Shown here: in pieces, positions 39,987-50,413 of the stretch
Position numbering within the stretch: the stretch's first letter is position 1
Layout of the letters: every line of letters starts with the position of its first letter
From: Betaproteobacteria bacterium
Lineage (GTDB): Bacteria; Pseudomonadota; Gammaproteobacteria; Burkholderiales; UBA3065
Length of the DNA stretch: 54,082 nt
NCBI GenBank assembly: GCA_009923755.1
Contig: RFSW01000002.1
Span: forward strand, 1 to 54,082
Reading direction: 5' to 3'
Position numbers and translations under genes: made by a program
The notes under the pieces: model-generated
The model's database searches: none
Told to the model about the DNA's origin: nothing
What the model saw: the letters and a program-made list of their open reading frames with translations, nothing else

Positions 39987-40049
39987 GAAGGTCCGGTGAG
40001 GCTGTCTGCCAAAAGAGAAACGCGTGGCTTGCGCCAATTAGACGATGCT

Positions 40050-40065
40050 TGCAAGAAGCACGCCA
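40050..40065 (-). promoter_or_regulatory. sigma-54 (-24/-12) promoter upstream of amtB
   Basis: Minus strand reads TGGCGTgcttcTTGCA, which has the exact spacing of the TGGCAC-N5-TTGCA consensus. GG and GC are both present. It lies 64 nt upstream of the amtB ATG. Confidence 0.65.
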
Positions 40066-40193
40066 CCGCGTGTCCAAGCCACGCATCAGCGGCGCAATAC
40101 GCGCGCAATCAGCGGCTTGCGCGCACCGCGAGGCATACCCAAGGGCGCTCGGACAGCCGCCTGCCCCAGAGCGAGGCACGCTGGCGGCGGCAA

Positions 40194-40210
40194 TGCACCT
40201 TAACGGTGCG
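40194..40210. promoter_or_regulatory. NtrC-type enhancer site TGCACC-N5-GGTGCG
   Basis: TGCACCTTAACGGTGCG matches 11 of 12 half-site positions of TGCACC-N5-GGTGCA. It lies about 130 nt upstream of the sigma-54 element. A weaker second site, TGCCGCTTTACAGTGCA, is at 40216-40232. Confidence 0.55.
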
Positions 40211-40285
40211 TTTAGTGCCGCTTTACAGTGCACGCGCATGACGACCTTGCCGCCAGCCACTGCGTCCCGCTGATAGCATCACTGC

Positions 40286-40930
40286 ATGCTTGAATTCGAA
40301 ATCATCCCGGTCACCCCGTTCGCACAGAACACCACCCTCGTCTGGTGTAGCGAAACCAAGGCTGCGGCTTTGATCGACCCCGGTGGCGAGGTCGATCGCC
40401 TGCTGGCTGCGGTCGCGGGGCGCGGCCTCGCACTGCAGGCGGTGTGGCTCACCCACGGGCATCTGGACCACTGCGGTGGCGCGCTCGAGCTGCGTGAGCG
40501 CAATAGCATCCCGATTGTCGGGCCGCACCGCGAGGACGCGTTCTGGATCGACTCCATGGCCCAACAGGCCCAGTGGTTCGGCTTCGGCAGCCCGCGCGGT
40601 TTCGTCCCCGACCGCTGGCTCGAGGACGGCGATACGGTGACGCTCGGCAGGCTGTCCTTCGAGGTCTACCACACGCCAGGGCACACGCCCGGCCACGTGG
40701 TCTTCTTCAACCGGGCAGGCCATTGGGCACAGGTAGGCGACGTGCTGTTCCGCGGCTCCATCGGACGCACCGATTTTCCACGCGGCAACCACGCGCAGCT
40801 ATTGGCTTCGATCCGCGAGAAGCTGTGGCCGCTCGGCCGCGACGTGGCCTTTGTGCCCGGCCATGGGCCGATGTCGAACTTCGGTGACGAACGCGACGAA
40901 AATCCCTTTGTCGCCGACGGCCAGCGTTAA
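40286..40930 (+). CDS. MBL-fold metallo-hydrolase (glyoxalase II / YcbL-like)
   Basis: 214 aa. Motifs THGHLDHCGG, HTPGHTPGH and GHGP. Confidence 0.88.
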   Translation: MLEFEIIPVTPFAQNTTLVWCSETKAAALIDPGGEVDRLLAAVAGRGLALQAVWLTHGHLDHCGGALELRERNSIPIVGPHREDAFWIDSMAQQAQWFGFGSPRGFVPDRWLEDGDTVTLGRLSFEVYHTPGHTPGHVVFFNRAGHWAQVGDVLFRGSIGRTDFPRGNHAQLLASIREKLWPLGRDVAFVPGHGPMSNFGDERDENPFVADGQR

Positions 40931-40934
40931 CGGC

Positions 40935-41195
<261 letters not shown>

Positions 41196-41199
41196 TTAT

Positions 41200-42261
<1,062 letters not shown>

Positions 42262-42281
<20 letters not shown>

Positions 42282-43566
42282 CGGCCACCACGACCGTCGC
42301 CATGCGTCCCGGGTCGACGCGGCGGCGGAAGGCATCACGGATCTGCTCGATGGTCACGCCCTCGATGTTGCGAATGAAATCGTCGATGTACGTCGCTGGC
42401 AGCTGATAGAACGCGACCATCGCCACATAATCGAGGATCTTGCGGTTGTTCTCGATACGCAAAGGAAAACCGTCGACCAGATTCGACTTGGCTGCCTTGA
42501 GTTCGGCCGCGGTGGGCCCCTCAGCCAGAAACTTGCTCAGAGTCTGACGCACCACAGCAAGTGCCTCGCCGGTGCTTTCCCGCTTGGTCTGCAAACCGAT
42601 CATCAACGGGCCATATTCCAGCCGCGGCAGGAAATAGCTGTAGACGCTGTAGGCCAGACCGCGCTTCTGCCGGACCTCGTCGGTCATACGCGACACGAAG
42701 CCTCCGCCGCCGAAGATGTAGTTGCCGACGAACAGTGGGAAATAATCCGGGTCGCCGCGCTTCATGCCGGGTTGGCCGACCATGATGTGCGCCTGGGTCG
42801 CCGGGTGGGCGATGCGCGCTTCGCTCGCGGCCGCCAGCGGTGCGACTGCGGGCAGGCTCCACGGTACCGGCCGGCCAGCCGGCAGACCGGCCGTCAGCCG
42901 CTCGGCGAGCGCTTCGGCGCCGGCGCGGTCGATGTCGCCGACCATCACCACCACCGCGCCATCAGCCCGGTAGCGGTCCTTGTAGAACGCCACCAGATCG
43001 TCGCGTGTGATGCTGGTGACCGAAGCGACATCGGCATCGCGGGCGTAGGGATGGGTGCCGAATACAGCGGCGCTGAATGCACGCTCAGCCAAGGTCTCGG
43101 GCTTGGTCTCGGCCTCCTTCAACCCACTGATGGTGCGTGCCCGCTCGCGTTCGAGGATGGTCTCGGGGAATTGTGGCGTCGCCAGCAACGCTGCCAGCAG
43201 AGTCGCTGAGGAGGCGAGCTCGTCGGCGCTGCTCAAGGTGCGCAGGTTGAAGCCGGCCAGATCATCGTCGACCGTCGGCGACAGTTGCGCGCCGGAATCG
43301 GCCAGACGGTCGGAAATCTGCTGCTCCGAGAGATCGGCGGTGCCGGCCGAGAACAGGTGCGCGGTGAGACTGGCGGTGCCGGCCGGTCGCTTGTCCTCCC
43401 ACGCATGGCCGGCGCGGAACTGGATGCTCACGTCGAGCATGGGCAGAGCGCGATTCTCCAGGAGGTAGACCTGCGCGCCACGGGCGGTCTGCCAATGCTG
43501 GATCGGCAAGGTGGCTTGCGCCAACGGCGCGAAGAGGGCGATGCAAAGGGCGAACAAAAGGCGCAT
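42262..43566 (-). CDS. M16-family peptidase-like protein (non-catalytic partner, no HxxEH)
   Basis: 434 aa. Signal peptide MRLLFALCIALFAPLAQA. Insulinase-fold length and pairing with the upstream M16 gene. No HxxEH motif is seen. Confidence 0.83.
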
Positions 43567-43604
43567 GTCGGGTCCGGGCGGTGCGAAGGGGGTGCGGGGG
43601 ATGC

Positions 43605-45002
43605 TCAGTGCCGCACGCCGCTGGGCGGCGCTTTGGGCTTGGCGCCAGCAGGCAGCGGTTGCGGGTCGAGGATCGCCACCGTGAGGGTGTCGTCGCGCAA
43701 CAGCTCGCGCGCCACCTGCTGCACTTGCTCCGGCGTGACCTCGCGCATCTTTTGCAGCAGCAGCGACTCGCTGCGGTAGCCGAGCCCCGCCGACTCCAAG
43801 TTGCCGATCATGCCAGCTTGGTGGCTGATGCTGTCACGCGCGAACACCTGGGAGGCGATCACCTGTGTCCGGGCGCGGGCCAGTTCCTCGGGGCGGATGC
43901 CCTCTTGCGCGATCAGACGGACCTGGTCGCGCAGCGCCGCCTCCAGTTCTTCTACGGTGCGGCCCGGCGCCGGCGAGCCACCCATCATGAACAGGCTGGG
44001 GCCACGGCCGATGCCGTCATAGCCGGCATCCACGTCCACGGCGATACGCTGTTCGCGCACCAAGCGGGTGTGCAGACGCGCGCCCGGGTAGCCGTGCAAC
44101 ACCCCGGAAAGCACATCGAGCGCATAGGGCACCCACTCCCGCTCAGGGTCGGTGAGGGTGGGGGCGCGCCATGCCATGGTGAGGGTCGGCTCTTCGGCGA
44201 TGGCTTTGACCCGCACCCTGCGGATGCCGTTCTGTGCGGGCTCGGTCTGCGGCTTGCGTACCGGGAGAACCGACGGCTTCAGCGAGCCGAAGTGCTTTTC
44301 GGCGAGCTTGAACACCGCCTCCGGCTCGACGTCGCCGACCACCACCAGCGTGGCATTGTTGGGCGCGTACCAGCGCTGGTACCACGCGCGCACATCTTGG
44401 ATGGTGAGATTGCGCAAGTCGTCCATGTAGCCGATCACCGGGATGCGGTAGGGGTGCGCCTGCAGAGCAGTACCCACCAGCGTCTCGTAGACCAGACTGC
44501 CGGGTTGGTCCTCGACACGCCAGCGGCGCTCCTCCATCACCACCTGGATCTCCTTCTTGAACTCGGCTTCGTCGAGCACCAGATTGCGCATCCGATCGGC
44601 CTCGAGTTCGAGCACCAACGGCAGATGGCGGGCTGCCAGTTGCTGGTGGTACACAGTGTGATCGCGACTGGTAAAGGCATTCTCCTTGCCGCCGGCCGCC
44701 GCAACGCGACGTGAGAATTCGCCGCTGGGGACCTTGCGTGTGCCCTTAAACATCATGTGTTCGAGCACATGCGATATGCCGGTGATGCCATTGGTCTCGT
44801 CAACACTGCCGATGCGGTACCAGACCTGGCTGATCAACACCGGTGCGCGACGGTCGGGACGCACGATGACCTTCATGCCGTTGCGCAAGGTGACCTCGCG
44901 GGTCTCGGGATTGGCCTGCGCAGACGGCGCAAAGACCGCTGCGAGGAGAGTGAGGGCGACGAGCATGAAACGCGTCAGCATCTGCGGCATCCGGCTGGGC
45001 AT
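43605..45002 (-). CDS. M16-family zinc peptidase (pitrilysin/insulinase-like)
   Basis: 465 aa. Signal-like N-terminus ...FMLVALTLLAAVFAPSAQA. Inverted zinc motif HVLEHMMFKG. Several in-frame ATGs lie near the start. Confidence 0.87.
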   Translation of the reverse strand: MPSRMPQMLTRFMLVALTLLAAVFAPSAQANPETREVTLRNGMKVIVRPDRRAPVLISQVWYRIGSVDETNGITGISHVLEHMMFKGTRKVPSGEFSRRVAAAGGKENAFTSRDHTVYHQQLAARHLPLVLELEADRMRNLVLDEAEFKKEIQVVMEERRWRVEDQPGSLVYETLVGTALQAHPYRIPVIGYMDDLRNLTIQDVRAWYQRWYAPNNATLVVVGDVEPEAVFKLAEKHFGSLKPSVLPVRKPQTEPAQNGIRRVRVKAIAEEPTLTMAWRAPTLTDPEREWVPYALDVLSGVLHGYPGARLHTRLVREQRIAVDVDAGYDGIGRGPSLFMMGGSPAPGRTVEELEAALRDQVRLIAQEGIRPEELARARTQVIASQVFARDSISHQAGMIGNLESAGLGYRSESLLLQKMREVTPEQVQQVARELLRDDTLTVAILDPQPLPAGAKPKAPPSGVRH

Positions 45003-45055
45003 GGGGGGAGGCTACAATCCGATTGTCGATTAAGCCTCTTCCGACCCCTCCCCGC

Positions 45056-46042
45056 ATGGTTAGTTTCTTCGGCAAGACCTCGGCACCGCCGGACCCGGGG
45101 GCGACCGCCCCCAGCCCGCCGTCCGACGGCAAGGGTTGGCGTGACCGCCTGCGCGCCGGCCTGAGCCGTGTCAGCAGCGCGCTGGGCGAGGCGCTCGGCA
45201 CAGTCGTGCACGGCCGCCGCGCCATCGATGCTGCGGTCTACGAGGACCTCGAAGCGGCGCTGCTGGCCGCCGATGTCGGTATCGGCGCCACTCAGGACCT
45301 GCTTGAGGCGCTGCGCAAAACGGTGGCGCGGGACTCGCTGCAGGATGTCGAATCGCTGCGCGGTGCGCTGCGCGACACCCTGCTGCAGCGTCTGCAGGTA
45401 CTCGAACAGCCGCTCGACACAGCCGGCCACCGCCCGTTCATCATCATGGTCGCCGGCGTCAACGGCAGCGGCAAGACCACCTCTATCGGCAAGCTGGCGC
45501 GCTGGTTCCAGACACACGGGCAGAAGCCCATCCTCGCCGCCGGTGACACCTTCCGCGCCGCCGCGCGCGAGCAGCTCAAGGTGTGGGGCGAGCGTAACGG
45601 CATCGACGTCATCGCCCAAGACAGCGGCGACCCGGCCGCGGTGGTGTTCGACGCCATCAATGCCGGCCGTGCGCGCGGCGCTGATGTGGTGATCGCCGAC
45701 ACCGCCGGGCGCCTGCCCACCCAGCTGCACCTGATGGACGAGCTGGCCAAGGTCCGGCGTGTCATCGCCAAAGCCGACCCCTCCGGCCCGCATGAGGTGC
45801 TGCTGGTACTCGACGCGCACATCGGCCAGAACTCGCTGGCGCAGATCGCCGCCTTCGACAAGGCGGTCGGCGTCTCCGGCTTGGTGGTCACCAAACTCGA
45901 CGGTACCGCCAAGGCCGGCGTGCTGGTCGCGCTGGCCTGCAGCGCGCGGCCTTTGCCGGTGCGCTTTATCGGCGTCGGCGAAGGCCTCGAAGACCTGCAG
46001 CCATTCTCGGCACGCGAGTTCGTGGAGGCGCTGTTGCCGTGA
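45056..46042 (+). CDS. ftsY: signal recognition particle receptor FtsY
   Basis: Track ORF (TTG 45023) trimmed to ATG 45056 (MVSFFGK...). NG domain GVNGSGKTTSIGKLA, DTAGRL and TKLDGTAKAG. Confidence 0.93.
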   Translation: MVSFFGKTSAPPDPGATAPSPPSDGKGWRDRLRAGLSRVSSALGEALGTVVHGRRAIDAAVYEDLEAALLAADVGIGATQDLLEALRKTVARDSLQDVESLRGALRDTLLQRLQVLEQPLDTAGHRPFIIMVAGVNGSGKTTSIGKLARWFQTHGQKPILAAGDTFRAAAREQLKVWGERNGIDVIAQDSGDPAAVVFDAINAGRARGADVVIADTAGRLPTQLHLMDELAKVRRVIAKADPSGPHEVLLVLDAHIGQNSLAQIAAFDKAVGVSGLVVTKLDGTAKAGVLVALACSARPLPVRFIGVGEGLEDLQPFSAREFVEALLP

Positions 46043-46728
46043 TCAACCTCCAATCCGTGACCAAGCGCTATCCCGGCGGCGACGATGTTCTGGTCAACGT
46101 CGACTTGCAGATCGCCGGCGGCCAGATGGTGGTGCTGCTCGGCCCCTCGGGTGCCGGCAAGAGCACGCTGCTCAAGCTGATGGGGGGCATCGAGCGCGCC
46201 TCGACCGGCGCCGTGGAGATCTTCGGCCAAGACACCGCGCGCCTCGACCCCGGCAGACTGGCGCTGGTACGACAACAGATCGGCCTGATCTTCGAGGACT
46301 TCAAACTGCTCGCCGACCGCAATGCGCTGGACAATGTGCTGGTGCCCCTCGAGATCGCCGGTTACGCGCCGACCGAAGCCCGCCGGCGCGCCCGCGCAGC
46401 GCTCGAGCGGGTTGGATTGGGCACGCGCGAGTCGGCCCGCCCGGCCACCTTATCCGGCGGCGAACAGCAACGCCTGTGCATCGCCCGGGCAGTGGTGTCG
46501 CGGCCGGCGCTGATCCTTGCCGACGAACCCACCGGCAACCTCGACGCCGACCAGGCAGCGAGCATCGCCGACATGCTGCGCGCGTTCCACGCCGCCGGCA
46601 CCACCGTGGTGGTCGCCACCCACGACCCGCTGTTCCGCGACCGGCTGCAAGGCCGGGCGCTGCACGTGGAAGCCGGCCAGGTCCGCAGCATCCAAGCGCC
46701 GCCGGGGCAGGCAAAGGTGCCACGATGA
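46039..46728 (+). CDS. ftsE: cell-division ABC ATPase FtsE
   Basis: 229 aa. GTG start overlaps the ftsY stop (GTGA). Motifs GPSGAGKSTLLKL, LSGGEQQR and LILADEPTGNLD. Confidence 0.95.
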   Translation: MINLQSVTKRYPGGDDVLVNVDLQIAGGQMVVLLGPSGAGKSTLLKLMGGIERASTGAVEIFGQDTARLDPGRLALVRQQIGLIFEDFKLLADRNALDNVLVPLEIAGYAPTEARRRARAALERVGLGTRESARPATLSGGEQQRLCIARAVVSRPALILADEPTGNLDADQAASIADMLRAFHAAGTTVVVATHDPLFRDRLQGRALHVEAGQVRSIQAPPGQAKVPR

Positions 46729-47633
46729 GTGCTTGGCTGCGTGCCTATTGGGCCGCCTCACAGCAGCTGCTGCGCGAACCGGTGGCCAATCTGTTCAACC
46801 TGCTGGCCCTGGCCTGCGCTTTCGGCCTTGCTCTGGCGGCCGTGGTGTGGCTCGGCGAAGCCAGCCTTGGCCTCGGCGATGCCAATGGCCGCGGGCTCTC
46901 CGCGCAAGTCACGCTGGTGTTGCGCGACGGCGTCGATGCGAACAAGCGCGCTGCCCTCGAGCAACAGTTACAGGGCGAATCCGGCGTGCAGGGGGTGCGC
47001 TTTTTGGGCCGCGATGCCGCCCTGCGCCGCCTGGCGCGCGACCTCGGCGACACGCGTCTGCTCGAGGGCCTGGCCGGCAACCCGTTGCCCGACGCCCTGG
47101 TGGTCACGCTGGACGCCGACCTGTCGGCGGCTCGGGTCGATGGCGCACTGAAGCGTTGGCAGGCACGCAGCGAAGTCGACGAGGTGCTGGCCGATCGCGA
47201 ACTGGTCGAGCGGCTGCGGCGTATCGGCGGCACGCTGCGCCTGCTGGCACAGGCCGTGGTCACGCTGCTGGTGGCCAGCGGGGCGGTGGTGGTGTTCAAC
47301 ACCATCCGCCTGCAACTCGCCGGCCGGCAACATGAGATCGAGCTGATCCGCCTACTCGGCGCGCCCGCCGCCTTCGTCCGGCGACCCTTTGTTGCCCGTG
47401 GCACGCTGTTGGCGCTGATCGGCGCCGGCCTCGGCTGGCTGCTGGCCGAGCAGATGGTGCGGCTGGTGGCAGGCTGGCTCGGTCCTCTCACGACCGCATG
47501 GGGCTTGGCTGGCCCGCCGTCGACCGTGCCGCTGCAGAGTGGCCTCGGTTTTCTGCTGGTGGCCCTTGTGATCGGCTGGTTCACCGCGTGGCTCGGCGTG
47601 GCCCGCCATCTGCGCAGCGCCGATCGTCGCTAG
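46725..47633 (+). CDS. ftsX: cell-division permease-like protein FtsX
   Basis: ATG 46725 overlaps the ftsE stop (ATGA) and lies inside the artefactually long track ORF 45759..47633. 302 aa with four TM segments and a periplasmic loop VTLVLRDGVDANKRAALEQQL. Confidence 0.9.
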   Translation: MSAWLRAYWAASQQLLREPVANLFNLLALACAFGLALAAVVWLGEASLGLGDANGRGLSAQVTLVLRDGVDANKRAALEQQLQGESGVQGVRFLGRDAALRRLARDLGDTRLLEGLAGNPLPDALVVTLDADLSAARVDGALKRWQARSEVDEVLADRELVERLRRIGGTLRLLAQAVVTLLVASGAVVVFNTIRLQLAGRQHEIELIRLLGAPAAFVRRPFVARGTLLALIGAGLGWLLAEQMVRLVAGWLGPLTTAWGLAGPPSTVPLQSGLGFLLVALVIGWFTAWLGVARHLRSADRR

Positions 47634-47702
47634 TGCGGTGCCAGGACGCTCACGCCCCGCCACCGGGCACGTGTTGCCGACATGATCGCGATCAGCGACA
47701 GC

Positions 47703-47730
47703 GGAACCGGTGGCCGGCATGCTTCTCCAA
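47703..47730 (+). promoter_or_regulatory. candidate ECF/sigma-E-type promoter upstream of rpoH (GGAACCG-N16-TCCAA)
   Basis: Read directly from the sequence. It resembles the sigma-E consensus GGAACTT-N16-TCAAA. rpoH is a known sigma-E target in enterobacteria. There is no experimental support here. Confidence 0.3.
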
Positions 47731-47732
47731 GG

Positions 47733-47761
47733 TTTAGCACTCGGTAGCCGAGAGTGCTAAA
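47733..47761 (+). other. 12-bp hairpin with a 2-nt bulge in the ftsX-rpoH spacer (rpoH leader structure or weak ftsYEX terminator)
   Basis: TTTAGCACTCGG-tag-CCGagAGTGCTAAA is read directly. It is followed by a T-poor tail (ttccgttct). It lies 41 nt before the rpoH ATG. Confidence 0.5.
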
Positions 47762-47801
47762 TTCCGTTCTGTAGATCGTTGGGCCAGACACCTGCAGCCC
47801 G

Positions 47802-48689
47802 ATGCGACGCGAGGAGAGCCGATTGCAAGCCACCCTGCCGATGCCCGTCCCCAGTGCGCTGGGCAGTTTCGATGCGTACGTCGCGGCGGTGAACCGCCTG
47901 CCTCTGCTAAGTGCGGAGGAAGAGACGCGCCTGGCGCGCGCGCTGCGCGACGGCAACGATCTTGACGCCGCGCGTCAGCTGGTGGTGTCGCATCTGCGAC
48001 TGGTGGTCAGCGTAGCCCGCAACTACGTAGGTTATGGCCTGCCGCAGCCCGACCTTGTTCAGGAAGGCAATATCGGGTTGATGAAGGCGGTGCGCCGCTT
48101 CGACCCCGAGCGCGGCGTGCGTCTCGTGTCCTTCGCCCTGCACTGGATCCGCGCCGAGATCCATGAATACATCCTGCGCAACTGGCGCCTGGTCAAGCTC
48201 GCCACCACCAAGGCGCAGCGCAAGTTGTTCTTCAACCTGCGCAGTCTTAAGGCCGACAACCGTGCGGTGTCCGCCGCCGACGCCGAGATCATCGCCCGCC
48301 AGCTCGACGTCAGGCCGCAAGACGTGCTCGACATGGATTTGCGGCTGAGCGGTGGCGATGTGCAGCTCGACCCTTGCGACGGCGATGACGAGCCGCTCAA
48401 CGCACCGATCCGCTATCTGGCAGACGACACCACCACCCCGGAAGCGCTGCTGGACGATGCCCGCCGCGACCATCTCGCCGGCACTGGCCTGCAAGCCGCG
48501 CTCAACACGCTCGACGCCCGCAGCCGACACATTGTGGAGTCGCGCTGGCTCGGTGACGATGGCGGCCCGACCCTGCACGAGCTTGCTGCCGAGTACGGCG
48601 TATCGGCAGAGCGCATCCGCCAGATCGAGGCGCAGGCGATGAAGCGCCTACGGGTCGCGCTCGAAGCCGAGGGCGCCACGCTCGACTGA
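47802..48689 (+). CDS. rpoH: RNA polymerase sigma factor RpoH (sigma-32)
   Basis: 295 aa. Motifs LRLVVSVARNYVGYGLPQPDLVQEGNIGLMKAVRRFDPERGVRLVSFALHWIRAEI and the RpoH box QRKLFFNLR. It follows ftsYEX as in many proteobacteria. A second in-frame ATG 13 codons downstream is possible. Confidence 0.93.
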   Translation: MRREESRLQATLPMPVPSALGSFDAYVAAVNRLPLLSAEEETRLARALRDGNDLDAARQLVVSHLRLVVSVARNYVGYGLPQPDLVQEGNIGLMKAVRRFDPERGVRLVSFALHWIRAEIHEYILRNWRLVKLATTKAQRKLFFNLRSLKADNRAVSAADAEIIARQLDVRPQDVLDMDLRLSGGDVQLDPCDGDDEPLNAPIRYLADDTTTPEALLDDARRDHLAGTGLQAALNTLDARSRHIVESRWLGDDGGPTLHELAAEYGVSAERIRQIEAQAMKRLRVALEAEGATLD

Positions 48690-48696
48690 GGCGCTG

Positions 48697-49368
48697 CTAG
48701 CCGCCGTCGAGCAGCGTACGCAAGTCAGCGGCCAGCTTGTCGGGGCCCGCGGCGGTCGCGGCAAACAGCCTCACCCGACCGGCAGGGTCATAGACGTAGA
48801 GACCGGCCGTATGGTCCAGTGTGTAATTCGGACCCTCGCCGACGCGCTGTGCTACCAGCCGATACTCTTTGACCGTCGCCTCAGTGGTGGCGCGATCGCC
48901 GCGCAAGCCGACGAAACGCGGGTCGAAACCCGGCACATAACGTGACAGCAGGTCCTGCGTGTCGCGCTCAGGATCGAGCGTCACGAACAGCACCTGCACG
49001 CGTCCGGCGTCGTCACCCAAACGCTTGAGCGCGGCGCTCACTTCGCCCATGGTGGTCGGGCACACGTCGGGACAAAAGGTGTAGCCGAAGAACACCAGCA
49101 CGGCCTTGCCACGGTAGTCGGCCAAGGTGCGCGTCTGCCCGGTGTGGTCGGTCAGACGGAAATCCCGGGCAAAGGTGGCCCCGGTGATGTTGGTGGCGTT
49201 GAAAGCCGCCGGTTGCGGGGCGCAGGCAGTCAGCACCGTGAGCAGAACGGCTGCGAGCAACAGTGCGGCGAACCCGCGCGCGAGTGTGTGGCTGCCGCCC
49301 TGCTCCCCAGCGGCGCGCGAGGCATCCGCTGGCGGCGATCCGACGCGACCGGCGGCGTACGGATTCAT
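48697..49368 (-). CDS. SCO1/SenC family copper chaperone (lipoprotein-like)
   Basis: Track ORF trimmed to ATG 49368, which overlaps the ctaA stop (ATGA). Lipobox-like LTAC. Thioredoxin-fold motif VLVFFGYTFCPDVCPTT. Confidence 0.88.
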   Translation of the reverse strand: MNPYAAGRVGSPPADASRAAGEQGGSHTLARGFAALLLAAVLLTVLTACAPQPAAFNATNITGATFARDFRLTDHTGQTRTLADYRGKAVLVFFGYTFCPDVCPTTMGEVSAALKRLGDDAGRVQVLFVTLDPERDTQDLLSRYVPGFDPRFVGLRGDRATTEATVKEYRLVAQRVGEGPNYTLDHTAGLYVYDPAGRVRLFAATAAGPDKLAADLRTLLDGG

Positions 49369-50354
49369 CGGAACGCGCCGCGCGTGCGGCCGCTCGCCAT
49401 GCCGGCAGTGAGCAGCCAGACCAGCGTCATGAGCAGCAGGGCAGCCCCGGCATTGTGCGCGGCGGCCAGCACCACTGGCAGATGCAGCAGCACGTTGGCC
49501 ACACCCAGCGCGAGCTGCCCGAGCAACAGCAGGCCGAGCCAGAGCCCCCAACCGCGCAATCCGGCACGCAACAGTTGCCAGACCAGCAAGCCGACGGCCA
49601 GCGCCGCGGCCAGCGCGCCAAGTCGGTGTGCCCAATGGATGGCCACCAGGGCGGCATTGCCGATCGGCTGTCCAGCCGCATCCATGTGCAGGGCACGCGT
49701 CGGATCGAAGCCCTCGCTATCCATGGCCGGCCACCAAGCGCCGCCGCAGGTGGGCAGGTCGACGCAGGCCAAACCGGCATAGTTGGTGCTGACCCATCCA
49801 CCCAGCACGATCTGCACCGCGAGCACCGCCAACGCCAACGCCACGAACGGTCGCGTCCCCGGGCGCCGCTGCACCGCCCAGTGGGTCGCTGGCGGCGCCA
49901 CCATCGATGCGCCTGCGGTGAGGAGCGCCAGCGTGGTCATGCCGCCGATCAGATGCAGCGTGACGATGCCGGGGCGCAGCAACTCGGTGACCGTGAGCAT
50001 GCCCAGTGTCGCCTGCGCGAGTACCACCACACAGGTCACCGCCAACAGCCCGCGAGAGTCCAACCGGCGGCGCCACGCAACCAGTGTCAGCGCGAGGATG
50101 CCGAGCCCGAGGATGCCGGCCAGGTAGCGATGCGCCATCTCTTTCCAAGCCTTGCCGATCTCAACCGGTGCGCCGGGGTAGGCCTGTTCGGCCGCCGCGA
50201 TCTCATGGCTGGCCTCTGGCACGCCCACCAGTTGGCCATAGCAGCCTGGCCAATCGGGACAGCCGAGACCGGCGTCGTGAATGCGCACGTAGGCGCCGAG
50301 CACCACCACACAGAGCGCAAGCAGCGCCGCAGCGCGACTGGAGAGGCTAAACAT
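49365..50354 (-). CDS. ctaA: heme A synthase (COX15/CtaA)
   Basis: 329 aa. N-terminus ...GAYVRIHDAGLGCPDWPGCYG and about 8 TM segments with conserved His residues. Confidence 0.88.
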   Translation of the reverse strand: MFSLSSRAAALLALCVVVLGAYVRIHDAGLGCPDWPGCYGQLVGVPEASHEIAAAEQAYPGAPVEIGKAWKEMAHRYLAGILGLGILALTLVAWRRRLDSRGLLAVTCVVVLAQATLGMLTVTELLRPGIVTLHLIGGMTTLALLTAGASMVAPPATHWAVQRRPGTRPFVALALAVLAVQIVLGGWVSTNYAGLACVDLPTCGGAWWPAMDSEGFDPTRALHMDAAGQPIGNAALVAIHWAHRLGALAAALAVGLLVWQLLRAGLRGWGLWLGLLLLGQLALGVANVLLHLPVVLAAAHNAGAALLLMTLVWLLTAGMASGRTRGAFR

Positions 50355-50413
50355 CGACTCGCGTTGACTGACCGATTAGGGACTGCAGTCTAGACGGCGG
50401 GTCGCCCCTGTGC

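Noticed and set aside
45759-46724. An N-terminal 320-codon extension of the ftsX reading frame. The track ORF 45759..47633 is 624 aa.
   Set aside because: The extension runs out of frame through ftsY and ftsE and is Arg/Pro-rich. The real ftsX start is the ATG at 46725, which overlaps the ftsE stop.
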